Part shown: one piece after another, positions 15,708 to 29,976 of the stretch | Numbering within the stretch: the first letter of the stretch is position 1 | Layout of the letters: every line of letters starts with the position of its first letter | DNA from: the human T2T-CHM13v2.0 reference genome, Homo sapiens | NCBI RefSeq assembly: GCF_009914755.1 | Contig: NC_060938.1 | Length of the DNA stretch: 64,000 nt | Reading direction: 5' to 3' (one strand) | The notes under the pieces: generated by a model | Seen by the model: only the letters and a program-made list of their open reading frames with translations | What the model was told of the DNA's origin: nothing | The model's database searches: none | Position numbers and translations under genes: made by a program

Positions 15708-17712
15708 CCGATGAAAGAGAGTGCTGGGGTGGGGTTGTGGGAAAAGAAAAACGTATTGTCCCCAAAGGTTTAGCTATTTGAAGTTGACACAATAGTTGGT
15801 GGCTGAAAAATATAACAACAAAAACATCCACCTAGACCTCCTCTCATTTCCAGTAGAATATACTCCCTCTTAGACTTGAAATATATAGCTGGGGGTTATT
15901 TCCATTCCATAACACCTTTGAAAGCCCTTTGCATCCCATCCTCTGATTATATAGTAATTATTCCCAAATTCAGTCAACTAATACTTGTCAAGCACCTACT
16001 GTGGTGCCAGGTACCAAACATTTCATGCAAATGGAATCTCAATTTATTTTTTAATATCAAGTGTATGTCAATAAGCTAAACTTGTTGGCTTTAACTGATG
16101 CAATCTCTCCTTTTCTTTGTTGTTCTAGTCTCATCTACATTCATCCTGATGCCTATACGTTGTTATTAAAATGTTGAGTTAAATTAAAAATAAGGCATAT
16201 TTAATGATTAGTAAGTTGTAGCAAAATAGTAGACTATATTTCTTTTGACTCTTTCCGTTTATTTAGCAACAGTATTTTTGTTTTATTGGTGGCTTCTGTC
16301 ATTATTTGAGTCACTTACCGAGTTCAAATCCCCTATTACAAAAACCAAATGTTAAATATTTTTAATAAGCTCACAGAATATTTATATATGAATACCAAGG
16401 ATGGGTATATGTGATATTAAACATAACAGTAATAAAAATTATCTAAATATTTATATAATTGCATTTTAGTCAATTAGGATTCAGGGGTTTAAAAAATATA
16501 GTAGGCTTGATTTTCTAGCCAGGACATTAGCAACATTAAGATAAGCTTGAAAAATTTATAACAAGATTAAAAATCCAAGATCATTAACTTTATTCTCTAT
16601 CATGAATCTTATAACTTGGTGAATAAAAAACACAGAAAGCAAATCTCCTGAGTAACCAAAAGTCATTAATTCTTCGTTAATGCAACATACTTCTGCTCTT
16701 TTGGCATTATTATAATGAAGAACAGTGTTTTACAAAAGCAAGTCAGGCAAATACATTAAATCATGACCTCTTTACTTTGCACTACTCTAGTTTAAGTGCC
16801 CTGAAATGAACTTTTTAGTTAATTAGCATTCTTCGGTTTGTCACTTTAAGTAATTACTCTTCTCAATTTAATTGAAGTGTTATATGTGAGGCACTAAGAG
16901 CTTGGAAACAGACCCACCTGATGAATTAAGTTCACTAGGAACAAAGCAGATAGTTGCATTCACCAGTCAAAAGAGCAGCTGTTGGGAGGTGGGGAGGGAA
17001 GTAATGGGAATAATTAACATCTCTTGCTCCAATAATTACATTGGAAGGATGGGTTTCAAATATCCATTAATTTAAGTGGTCTTTATTCCATCATTAAGCA
17101 AACTGCTTATTTGGCACCAACTTTTGCATGCGTTTAGCACAAATAGACCATGTTGTGCATGTATGCCATTGGGAACAACTCTTAGGAGAAGCTTTGGGAG
17201 CTATTTGCATCTGTGCCTCTTGTGCCTGATGTTTTAACCAGGGATGGGCTGATTACAGGGCAAGGTCTTAAGGGCACTGCTACTTTTCTGGAAAGCAGAA
17301 ATTAAGTTGTTCACCTCTTGCAGCTGAAACCTCAAGGTCTATTTATTCAAGGGTGATCTGTCCCTGAGAAAATTGCTTTGTAGCATTTAAACTCATATAA
17401 GCCTTACATGTTCAACTTAACAATTCATAAATAAAATGCCATATTTGCTTGTATCTCAGAGCATTCTTTTTCTCCCCCATGTTTTAACATTTCTGAAATA
17501 GAAATGCCTCTTATAGTTTTCTTTTCTACCCCCTTGAAAAGACATGGTTAAAAGACTGCTGTCTGTTAAAAAATGGATTAAAACTTGGAGATGAATAAAT
17601 ACAGTGCCTCAGCTATATGGAGCTTATGCTATGAGCTGGTAAGTTTGTTCTTGTCCTCATACATACCTTATCATATGTCACAAGATCAGGTGCTTCAACA
17701 TTTCTGATCTTA

Positions 17713-18101
<389 letters not shown>

Positions 18102-18965
18102 TCATTTATTCATTGATACAGTTAATAACTGTTTTGGGCACATGCAACAGAAATAAAAATGATAATGACTATGATAAACATAAATGTATTGAGTGCTCCT
18201 TAAGTGCCAGCCACCGTACTAGGTAGGTAAAGAGAATAATGGACAGTAATGTTCCCATATTCAAACCCAGGTCTGACTGGCTCAACACGCTGGCCCTGAG
18301 GCTATGCTGCATTGAGAAACGAAATTAAGATGAGGATGTACAGCTGCTCTGGCCAAGGCATCTGCCACTAAAATAATTAGCAGAATAAAATCTTTGGTAT
18401 ACAAATATCCCCCAAAGAGAATTCTTGAGACAGAGAATCAATTTTTGAATCCTGACCTTGCCTCTTATTGACTACAAAACATTGGGTACATCAATGCACC
18501 TTTCTAAAAGTGTATCTCTCTCTAAAAAATACTCCTGTGGCCCCGTGATCTTAGTTAGAGCCGCTGTTTTTCATAAGATGGTATAAACTCTGTCTTCTTT
18601 TTGAGATTACACGATAGCACACACATATCTTTACTCCTGTTTTCTTGTTTTTGTTTCTTTGTTAGAAAATATAACCTAAATTTCTGGAGACCTAAACATT
18701 ATCAAATGCTCACTTATGAGGAACGGTATTGATGTGTATTGTCTGAAACATAAGCAGTCTATTTATTACTAAAAGCAGCATACCTTTTATCCTTGGATCA
18801 GCCAAATTTAAATAACATGAGTGGACTTAATAGACCCCCCCTTAATGAATATCATATATTGAACTCTGGCTTAATTTTCATGTCTTTAGCTTACATCAAA
18901 GGATTAAGGGATCAAAGAATTACTGTAGATATATTACTAGATATATAGATGATAGAAGATGATGG

Positions 18966-18967
<2 letters not shown>

Positions 18968-19011
<44 letters not shown>
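18968..19011. repeat. (GATA)11 microsatellite
   Basis: Perfect 44-bp run with degenerate GATA-like units upstream. Confidence 0.97.
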
Positions 19012-19012
<1 letters not shown>

Positions 19013-19399
19013 AAATGTGCTACAATGTTGGCCATTATATCCCACTATCCTTCTGAGAAGGACAGATATGAGAAATTTCAGCAGGCCCATGCAGTAACAC
19101 AAAATGTATGGACAAACATGAGTCTCCTAATGCATCATATTTCCATTTCTGTGACTTGGCTTTTAAGAAGCTTGGAGCTAAATTTGCAATTTGTCTTTGG
19201 TGTTGGTACAGCGTGTTCTGGTGGGCATGTCTGTGTACTTACTTTGCCTCTCTTCTTCTTACTTCCCTGTCCTCATTTTCCCATTCCACCTACTTGCCTT
19301 GCCTATTTTTGTCATATCATATTGCATGTATTTATATAAGTGTAACTCAGTTTATTTTAGGAATTAAGAAGGGTATAAAATTCATCATTAAATAATTAA

Positions 19400-19965
19400 T
19401 GTTTGAGTAACTCTACAGTGGGGAAGCTTGATGAAGGTTACCTCAGCCAGGTGATCAAGGTAACATATCAGTAATCAATCATGTTGATACTATGTTACGT
19501 TGATAAAATGTAATGAGAATGGTACTTTACCTGTGTGATCTTCCTCCCCCAAACCCATAACTCCCATGTAATAATGAGAACAATATCAAACAAATCCCAA
19601 TAGAGGGAAATTTGGCTAAATACCTGACCAATACCCTTCAAAACTGTCCAGGGCATCACAATAGAAAGTCTGAGAAACTGTCGTAGCCACAAGGAGCCTA
19701 AAGAGGCTTGATAACTAAATATACTGTTATTCTGGATGGGATTCTGTGAGAAAAAAAGGACAGCAGGCAAAACTAGAGACATATAAGTAAAATATAAACT
19801 TTAGTTAATAATAGTCAATATTTGTTCACTAATTATGGCAAACGAACCATTTTTAGGATGATAATAATAAAAGAAACTATTATGAATATGGGTGTGTGGG
19901 AACTACCTTCACAACTTTTCTATAGAACTAAAACTATTCTAAAATAGAAAAGTTTATAAAAATAG
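19400..19965 (+). mobile_element. Old L1M (L1MC/MD-like) 3' end
   Basis: cctcagccaggtgatcaaggt..., cttcctcccccaaacccataac..., aaaactattctaaaatagaaaagtt resemble mammalian L1M 3'UTR. Confidence 0.75.
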
Positions 19966-21179
19966 AAAAGATGAATATTAAAGATATGGAATGACTGAGT
20001 GAGACACTATGTATGATAGGGTTTTGCACACTACAAAGTGCAAGAAAAAGACATTTCCTATGTGTGTTTGTGACTCATACAAGTAGGTGACAGGTGATAT
20101 TTCTGGCAGAGAAGACATCTTCTGTGATTAAGTTAGTTCAGTAAATTTGTGGGGAAAGGCCATGGAATGTAGGCCTAAGAACAGTGGTCACTGTGGTGTC
20201 TGCAAGTCAAGTGTCTCTTATGTGAAATCTCTTGTTAAGTAAGATGAGCAACTGAGGAGGAAGAAAGAGAAACCAGCAGGGAACACCATCTTTCCCCAAA
20301 TCTAACTTCCTCAGCAGCTCTCTTTGTCATCAACGGTAGAGTCACAAAACCCTAAGTGAAAGGGCCCAGTGGTCAATGTGAGGGTGTCTTTATGAATCTC
20401 TAAGTTTCTCCTCGACATGGGAAACCTACTCTTTCCCTGTCATTTAATCACAGCTCCTTCACTCAGGCAGTTTTGACAGCTTTCAGGCACCCCCAGGATC
20501 TAGTAACTTTTCTTAATAAGCTTCTTCCTTAAAGGCAGTCAATTCAGTCTTCTGGTCTTGATTCTTCTTAGCCAGCCTCTCTGGTCTTCAAATTCATATA
20601 TTGCCTGTGGCTTCAGGAACAAAACTTCCAGATAGGTGCCAGATTACCTAGGATTGGATTTGGTTACAGTAGAGACCCAACAGAACAGCAACATAAATAT
20701 GATCAAAGTCCATTTTTTCTCCCACAAAGAACAATATCTGTGAATATTACACTGAAAAGAGTAATTTGGGTCTCATATAGTGTCTCCCCAGTTGTGTGGG
20801 ATTCAGAGAAATTTTAGTTTTCCTCTCCACCATCCCCAGTGTGTGGCCTGCAAGAACATGGCCCAAGATGGAACTAGAGACATCATGTTCTAGTGCAGGT
20901 AGGTTGAATAGAGACAGGAAGAAAAGAGGTGAGGGTCATATGTCAGTAATCTTATAAGGAAGGTCCTCAGAAGCTAACTGACCACTGCTGAGGGGAGGCC
21001 GAGAGATATTGTCACTATTCTGGAAGGTGATGTTCTTTGGCAATAGAGGTTATTTCTAAGAGAAATGAGAAAAATGGACATTGAGAAACATCCAGGAGCC
21101 TCTGTTACACTAGTCATTTTTATCCTTAGCACTTATCACATTTTCTTCCAATGTTAAAAAATTTTTCTGGGAAAACTCA

Positions 21180-21345
21180 AGCTCTGTTCTCAGCTCTACT
21201 ATGTACTAAATATATGACTGGTTAAATCACTTAACCTCTCTGAGATGTGGTTTTCTCATCAGTAAAACAAGCTTAACAATTTTTCCTCTTTCATCCTCCA
21301 AGGATTAAATTAGGTAAGCATATGTGAAAGCACCCACAAAGAGTT
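21180..21345 (+). mobile_element. MIR
   Basis: cacttaacctctctgag...ttctcatcagtaaaa...gtgaaagcac core. Confidence 0.65.
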
Positions 21346-24300
21346 GATTGCCAGTGACTATACTCTACAAAATACGGGGTGATGCCATCCTCATTATTAT
21401 TCTCATTTTTCTGGTTGTCTCTATTATAGTATGTGTTTCCTGTCAACCCATTTTCCTTTCAACATGCAAATATGAATCTATGGATAATACTTTTTCCAAA
21501 ATGTATACATCCTTAAATGTAAAGCATCATCTTATTAATAACAAATTTCCCAAAGTAATAAAGAAGCAATAAGAGCATTAAATGTTCACATTTCTTAAGC
21601 CCCTTCTGATTTAAGAAATCATGATATGATTAAGTAAAAGTCAGTATTTTCAAAAAATCAAAAGGAATTGGTAGGAGGCCAGGGGCAGATTTATGACTAA
21701 AAATACACAAATAAGAACTGATATCTAGTAGTCAGAGCATGGCGTATTAATGGGCTTTTAGAATTAGACACAGGTTCAAATCTGTGAACCTGTGAATCTG
21801 TTCAAGCTTGAACAATTTTGTAGATTTCTCCACTGAAATATCCCATTGTTGTTGATGTATCATGTTAAGGATTCTTGTAAGAGTCAAGTGAAATAAACTT
21901 CTAACACAGTGTCTTGCAAAAAAGGGGAAATTTAACCCCTACCTATGTCTTTTTCCAATAATAGAAGCACAGAGACAATCATGGTGATCTGAGTCTTACA
22001 AGACAATGATAAGTCACAGTGCTTGAGCCCTTATTTTGTAGTTCTCCGTGTTCAGTGCATTGCATGGGATACCTCATAGATCCACACAACTTTGGGTAAT
22101 GATATTCTCATCTTTCCTGTTTTATGGATGAGGATGTTGAAGGTTAGAGAGGTTTAATTGTCAAGGTTATCCAGCTGGCAAGTGGTGAACCTGGAGAAAA
22201 GACCCCAGAAGTCAATGTCAGACTCCGACTCTTGGGTCTTCATTAATGTAATTCACTGAAAGCCATTTTGGCAAATATTAACATATAATCAATTTGCCAA
22301 AAACTCTCAAACAAAGGAGGTATACAGTTAGAGCTAGTACAGACACAGCATTCAGGCAGAGTGTAAATCTCCAAGAGATACATAGCCTTTAAGAAACAGC
22401 CCACCCATTCCCCAATAAAATGATGAGTATTGCAAAAGTCAACTATGCTGGTCTGGTAAGTGTCTTGGCATCAGTAAAACCTTTTCACAGTGAAACATTG
22501 AAGAACATCTCTAATTTGGTTAATTGGACACTTTATAAATTGATTATTTCCTGAATTAAATTTTAGTTAACTGGCCAGTATCCCCCACCACAATCTATTG
22601 CCAGGTCAGTTTCTCTTTAAATGGTAGATGCCAGTCCTGTTTTTTGCCAATGTAAATACTTACATGTCTGTTATTAATGTTCTAAGCATGTCATTTACCC
22701 AGAATGTGCATCAGAGCAAAAGAGTAGGATCCAGAACTGATTACCTGACTGCTGTGGAACAACACAGGTGGTGAAATGTTGCAGGAAAACAAGCAAACAA
22801 ACAAATGACAGCCAACAAAGCTGCTCTGGCCGAATCACAAAAACATCAGGCCAGAGTATGCTGGGGTATAATCGCTAGACTGACAGGCAAAGACATCCAT
22901 CTGTATAAGAGTCAAGATTTGGACTAAATAATCCGAACAGGCAGAGGACGAAAGGAAATGGGAAGAAGAAAGGAATTAACAGGCCATGCCTTCGCTGTAC
23001 ATTAAATATTATCTGTTTAATTATAACAACAATACTGTTGTAAGGGCACTTTTGTCCCCATTTTATAATTGATAAAAATATAGCATGTATGATTTGCCCT
23101 TTTTTCCTAAGCAAGACAATTCAATTTGCTAAGTAAGCTTCTCTAGCCTCCACTTTTATAAACAGATGTTTTCTATTGATATAAGTACACGTCACTCTCA
23201 AACGTAATAACAATAATAATCTTGGCCACTACTGCTAACTATTCCATAGGTATGTGAGCTTGGATTCAAGCCTAAGTCACTGACTCCATGATTCATGCTC
23301 ATTACTGATGCTGGAGAGAAAAAAGAAATGGATTCTGCAGCTCATTGCTCATTGTCTTAAAGAGGGAGTGGTATTCCTTGTTTTTGTTTTTAATGAAATG
23401 GTTTTTTAAAATAAAATATAATTTTCTCATTTTCATAAGCCTAAGCCTATAGTCTAAGTTCTTACTCATGATTTAGAATGATTGTTATTGACATAAAATA
23501 TATTTTATGTTTTAATATGATGATAATTCTTGAGGATCTTGAGATATGTAGGTCTGCTTTTCAAACTCTTTAGCTTACCTTTTGACCAGAGAAATCACAA
23601 TTTTCACTTCTCTCTGCTGGCAGTGTATTTGATAATTCTAATTTGTCTCTTTATTAAAAAGCATGTCTTTATAAATGACCTCTTCCATCTGGCTAAGTAC
23701 ATGGACATTTGTTGACAGAGTTCGTGGTCTTTCCAATAATTACTTTGCCCACTGTTAAATTTGTTTTAATTCATTTATATCAGGTTCCACGTTAGGACTC
23801 AGGATTTCATAGATGGGGAGTCAAGTAATAAAAGTGAATTATGAGAAGAGTTAAGACACCTAACACTTTTTCTTTTTTATAATCTTTAATGAAGTCATTT
23901 TATTAATTTAAAACAACAACTAAATCTTAGTGTTAGTAATTTGCAGCCACCCCATCCTCTCCCAAAAAAATATCAGCCAATATTCTTCCTTTTTGGCCCC
24001 AATTCAAGTGAAGTGAAATAAGCTGATGTCTTTGCCAGGCAAGTGTGCGGTCATAGTGTCCATATCAGAAATGCTTATTTTGTTCTTGTGTCCTTTAGCT
24101 CAACTCCGGAAGAGCAATCTTCCATGTCGGGCCTAATCACTAATCTTACATTAGTAAGAGCAGGGGCAGGCATACTCCACAAGGGCATCACCAGCTTCAG
24201 TGGCTCCCACAGGACAAGGCTGGCATTGAGATTCAAGAACAGATGGATCCCCAGTGGGAATCAGGAGAACTGGACCAGCTGCTAGAGGAGGGGAGGCCTT

Positions 24301-25469
24301 TATGCAATGTGTAGGCTGATCCTATGAGCAGGATCTCATCTCCAGGCTCTCAGGCACCAACCCCTGGGAGAGCCTGCCAGACTGAAGTGTAGACTTTTTG
24401 AGAGAATAGCCATTTTGTAAAGAGACCTGGGTAGCATTATATGGCTTTATTTCCTAAGTGTTCTTCAGCAAATGCTCTTAGCCTATTTACACGTATTAAA
24501 CATACTAACAATAATTCAGGCTGAAAATCAAATTCAGTTCTCCTCTTATCTTTGCCAATTTCCTCTGCTTCTGAGTCCTTAATGGACCAGGTACAAATAT
24601 GTAAATACCATGCCTTATTTAGGTAATTAATTTTTGTAAGGTCAAGACTGATAAGAATAGCACCTTCATTTTATGAATAATTCATTTCTGTGGAAGATTT
24701 TATTCATTCAGACTTTATGGAAACAGTATAAACTTTTAAGTACACATATCTGTGACTGAATCCCAGTTATAGCTCTTTGAGCTGAGTGACTAGACAATTT
24801 ACTTAATATTTCTCAGCCTCTCTGTCTCCATCTAAAAGATGAGTTTAATAATACTGCAAGTGCTCCTAGTGTGATAGAAGTTTAAATAAATAAATATATA
24901 TAAAAGGTAGATGCTTCATTTATGTCATTTTACCTTCTTCCCAGACTTGGGCACCTTAAAAAAGCTCAGCTAAATCAGGATTTTTAATTTAACTAACATT
25001 TTGCTTTAAAAACATGACGGTGAACACATAAATAGCCTGGGTAGTTAAATAAATAAAGAAAAAGTAAGAAGCAAGTAGGCAAAACTAACAGGACACATAA
25101 GAATGCATTTAAGAATTTAGGAATTTAGTATCTATTTTGTGCTTAACACAATGACGAATTTTTTTTATACATCATCTTGTCTGAGCCTTATAATATATCC
25201 AATAAAGTGAACTAATACTTTTATTATCTCCATTTCACAGCTGGGAACTTTTTAGAGAGGTTAAGTTACTTGGCCAAAGTCACCCTGATTATTAATAAGT
25301 GTCAGATTTAGGTGTGTGCTTAACGTGAAGCAAATGAAGCTTAAGATCCCCCACTTTCACAAGGCCCTTCCAAATGCTGGCAGAAGCCCAGCAAAGAGTT
25401 CTGACAGAGACACACTATTGTAAACTTTGCAGAAAAGTATTACATAAATTCTAGGTAACACAACACATG

Positions 25470-25884
25470 TGCTATGGTTGGAATATGGTTTGTCCTCCCT
25501 AAAACTCAAGTGGAGGCTTGGACCCCAACGTGATGGTGTTGAGAGGTGGTGGGACCTTTGGGAAGTATTTGGGTTTGGAGGGATCCACCCTCATGAAGGG
25601 ATTAATACTATCTCATGGAAGTGAGTTCTCACTCTCCAGGGACTGGATTAGTTTCCACAAAAGTGGGTTGTTATACCATAAAATTATCCCTCATGTTTTG
25701 CCTCTTTTTCACACACTCTTATCTTGTGGTGCCATCGGCTATCATAATGCGGCATGAGGTTTCTGGCCAGATGCAGCTGCCTGACCTTGAACTCCCCAGC
25801 CACCAGAACCATGAGCTGAGTAACCTCTTTTATCATTATTATTTTTAAAATACATTACTCAGCCTCAGAAAATGGACTAAGACA
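25470..25884 (+). mobile_element. MST-family MaLR solo LTR
   Basis: tgctatggttggaatatggtttgtcc ... aaatggactaagaca; TSD ACATG/ATATG. Confidence 0.85.
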
Positions 25885-25929
25885 ATATGCATTTGCTCCT
25901 GGCAAAATATCTTCTCAGTAAGACCTCCC

Positions 25930-26172
25930 TGGGCTAAACTAAAATTTTAACCTTCTAATCCCTCTTTTAATTTCCTTTTCTCCCTACGCTTATCATGATC
26001 TAATATATTTAGGTATATATTGTTTTCATTTATCTTGTTTGTTTTTAACTCCTTCATTAAAATGGAAGATAAACAAGGGCAGTTTTTTTTTTCTCTGTTA
26101 CACTCTAGCACCTACAACAGTGTCTAGGACATAGTAACAATTCAATAAAAATTTGTTAAATGAATGAATGAA
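25930..26172 (+). mobile_element. L2a 3' end
   Basis: agcacctacaacagtgtctaggacatagta...caataaaaatttgttaaatgaatgaatgaa. Confidence 0.7.
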
Positions 26173-27429
26173 TTGGAATTCCTCTGAGTTGAAATTTGAA
26201 TTCCAGAACCTGTGCCCTTTACCACAGCATTATACTGCCTCCCTGAGGGAAACAGTCACCTTTCATCATAGACAACCTCTCTTTTTCGCCATGTGTATGT
26301 GAACAAAAATCCAACTCATAAGGCTTTAAATTGCCTCTGAGATAATGATGAATTGGTTACCATTTAATCGTATCTAAGAATTATGGAACAACATTTGAGA
26401 CCTGACAGGTATAGAGCAACAGACAAAGCCCAATTAAAACAGAAACACATCTCTGAAGAAGAGGCTTGCAATAGGAAATTTGAAAATGAAAGTAACAGAA
26501 AACATTGCTCCACATGCTGAGCATGTTCCCTAAACCCATGGGAATCAGAGTTTATGTGCAAGATTCTGTTGAAAGCAGATGCTCTCTTGGATCTACTTCC
26601 CATGTTAAATTCCTTCCTCCACTAAAGGGAGCATAGATAATATTACATAGAAATCCCTTTCTGTAAGTTACTTCTGTGGTTTGCATTTCCCTGGAAATAT
26701 GTCTAATAATACCAAGGGTAAAAACAATCATGTTTGTAAAGGTTAGCCATCTCATACATATAATACATTGCATGTATTATAGAGTCACAAGGAGACTCAA
26801 TTTATGTTTATACATCAAAATCCAACCAACAATGTATAGTTACAATTTACTTCTAAGTATTAATAATTGATTAATTAGTTGAATCAAAATATTCTTATGA
26901 ACTAATATTTGATTGATTTTTCCAGAGGAAAAACATCTATATGATTCCATGCTGTTTACAACTGTTCTAAAGGTTTCAGTTCATGTTTCTTCCTTACTAT
27001 GTATTGAAGATGTAAAAATGTACCATTATAAATCAGCTGGCTGCTATTCAGGGTTACATTAAAGATAAATGTTGAATCCTGCAAAGATTTGAATGAGTTA
27101 ATGCCCCTAGATCCTCCCCAGAAAATTTATTTGGGGGTGGAGGACATAAATCCCAAATTCAAAATGTTTCACTGCTAGTATATGCAATTCTAGAATTTTA
27201 GACTTTAAAGGTCTCTTAATTCCCCCATTTTATAGGTGATTCTGAGACCCATAGAGAATAAATGCCCTTCCCAACATTCCACAAACAACAGTTCAGGATG
27301 GAAGCAAGCCTTCAAATACTACTTGTGTCAAACACACACCATATTCACCTGCTAGGACTCCCTCAGCCCTGGCCACCTCCTGCACTTGCTCAGCCATTTC
27401 TCTGCCTGGGTGACTCTTCCAGCCTTGCC

Positions 27430-27580
27430 CTGAGAGTGTACTCTCACCAGACACTGAATCAGCTGGTGCCTTGATCTTAAACTTCCTGGACTCCAGTACC
27501 ATGAGAAATAAATTTCTGTTGTTCATGATCCTCCCAGTCTATGGTATTTTGTTATGATAGCCTGAAGAAACGAAGACTAG
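27430..27580 (+). mobile_element. MLT1A/B LTR 3' fragment
   Basis: ctctcaccagacactgaatcagctggtgccttgatctt...gagaaataaatttctgttgtt...gtattttgttat. Confidence 0.75.
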
Positions 27581-28580
27581 TAATGTTTTAAATCTAGAAG
27601 CTTTTTCAAAAGATAAAAGCCACCTCAAATACAATTAAGGTTTTCTCTAGTTATTCAAATCCTGCTATGAGACCATTCAGGCAATCAAGATATGAGAATA
27701 AACTTACCTATATGTAAATACATCAAGTGGAAATATCAAGAAGCCATAAAAACAATATATTTTTGCAAAAGGTATTGTACTAGCTACTAATGGCATTTCT
27801 ACAAAAAAAGAAATAATTGAGGAAGGGTTGGCCTCAGTCATCTTCTTGGCTAGATGGTTCTCTGCCAGGATCACCAGACATGGGGAGTGAGGTGAAGCTG
27901 ATAATGCCATCGTGGCATTCCCAGAATGAAGGGCATATTTAGTAAGAAGAAAAGGCTTCTGTATTTTGCCTTTAGAAATACATGCATAATTGGCACAAAA
28001 CTCAAATAATTTCTCAAACTATATTGGGAACTTGATGTCTTGATTGTGCTACTAAAAAGTTATTTGAAATTGGCAAAGACATTTAATATTCCTGGTTTCA
28101 TTTATGTCATTGAACCCTGTTTTCCTTAATAGATACCTTTGAGAATATACACTTTTAGAACTGTGGATTCTTTTTATAGGAATATGCACATAAAATCTTA
28201 CTCAAAAATTATAATAAGTTACAGGGATTTTTCTAACTCTTTAAAACCCACCCATGTATTCCAAGTTACAAATTCCTCATCTCGATGATAACGATTATAA
28301 ATTTGTATCAAGAAAGGCAGAGAGCTGTTACCCAGAAAAACTCAGACTGAGATAGTATGCACCATCCTTGAATCCAGTTAGCCTTGCAGTTGATAGAGCT
28401 TTCAGGAGGGAGACCAAAAGAAGGCTAAGTTCCCAAAGGCAAAGAATAAAGCTACTACATGGAAGGATCCTCACACAAAAAAAAATGACTTCTAATATTA
28501 AGGATTACTTCTCAAGGCAGCTACCATGCTTCAGTTTCCATTGCTGCTATTGCTTCCTTATTCTACAGAAGGTTACCTCT

Positions 28581-29055
28581 TTTTTTCTTTTTATTAATTT
28601 TAATTTTTAATTTTTGGGGCACATAGTAGATGTATATATTTATGGGTTACATGAGATATTTTTAAACAGGCATGCATAATAATCACATCACAGTAAATGG
28701 AATATCCATCATCTCAAGCATGTATCCTTTGTGTTACAAATAATCCAATTATACCCTTTTAGTTTTTAAAAAATATACAATCAAATTATTTTGACTACAG
28801 TCACTCTGTTGTGCTAACAAATACTAGGTCTTATTCATTCTTTCTAACTATTGTTTTTGTATCCATTAACCCTCTCCACTTCCCCAGAATACCCCCACCC
28901 TCCATTTCCCAGTGATGGTAACCATCCTTCTACTCTCTATCTCCATGAGTTCAATTGGTTTAAGTTTAAGATTCCACAAATGAGAACATGTAAAGTTTGT
29001 CCTTCTGTGCCTGGCTTATTTCACTTTATATAATGACCTCCAGTTTCATCCATGT
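28581..29055 (-). mobile_element. L1MA-type 3' end
   Basis: T-rich tail then ggcacatagtagatgtatatatttatggg...ctgtgcctggcttatttcactt...ccagtttcatccatgtt. Confidence 0.85.
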
Positions 29056-29976
29056 TCCTCTTGTTGATAGGAAAATTGGGGATCAACGTAGAGAAGGATA
29101 TAAAAGGGCCTTTTGTACTTAAATGCTTAATGGATAATTACTGATTTTTTGCCACCAACCATCCATTTTCCTGCCTGGATTTTTACAGCAGAATTCTCTC
29201 TTCTCCATTATAGACAGACATGGAAGAAGACAATTCCAACTTCATGAGATAAGTTCAGAACCCTCTTTCCAGTACAGGGAGGGAATGGGAATGTGGCCTA
29301 ATCTTGGCCAAGCAGTCAAGCTTTCTGGGACATTTGAATACTGAGTTTCTGATGCGAAGCAGAATATAGAGCAAGCGGAGGTTTGAGTGACATGGCACTA
29401 GATCAGATTGCTTCAGCTACAAGATGTTGTTTTCTGATTCCCACTTCACATTTTGAAGAATCATGGAGTGCTTTCAGCTACACAGTCATATCTGTCAATT
29501 TGCTCTCAATAATCTCTCCACAAATCTTCTTATGCCTAAGTTAGAGTTGGTTGTTGCTTGCAACTAAGAACCTTAGTACACCTTTAGTTATGAGTTTCGA
29601 GTGTGCTCATGCCACAGTAATTTAAATTTCCTTCACGAAAGTAGAATTTTGGTAAAGAAGGCAAAAGACCAAGGTTAGAGTCAGATTTTCAGCCTAATTG
29701 TTATCGAATATATAACAATTAGCTAGCCACCCTATGCTAATACTTCTCACTCCACCTATAAAAAGGATATAATTTATTTCCCAAAATCTCATGGGTACGT
29801 CAGACAGCTTCTATAGTTTGTGATCTCTTCAGAGAACTAAAACACGATATGACATTTTAGTTGCTATGTAAATTAGATGGGAAATTTCAAAGACTGATAT
29901 ACCTGAGTTTGCTTTTTACTGATGTTTCTAGATGAAGCAGTCATTACAACGATTGTCAATCGTGACACGTATTTGA

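Noticed and set aside
24277-24298. CTCF-like CTGCTAGAGGAGG
   Set aside because: Several mismatches at high-information core positions.
26860-26914. AT-rich inverted repeat AATCAAAATATT / AATATTTGATT and TAATTGATTAATTA run
   Set aside because: Imperfect and expected by chance at this AT content.
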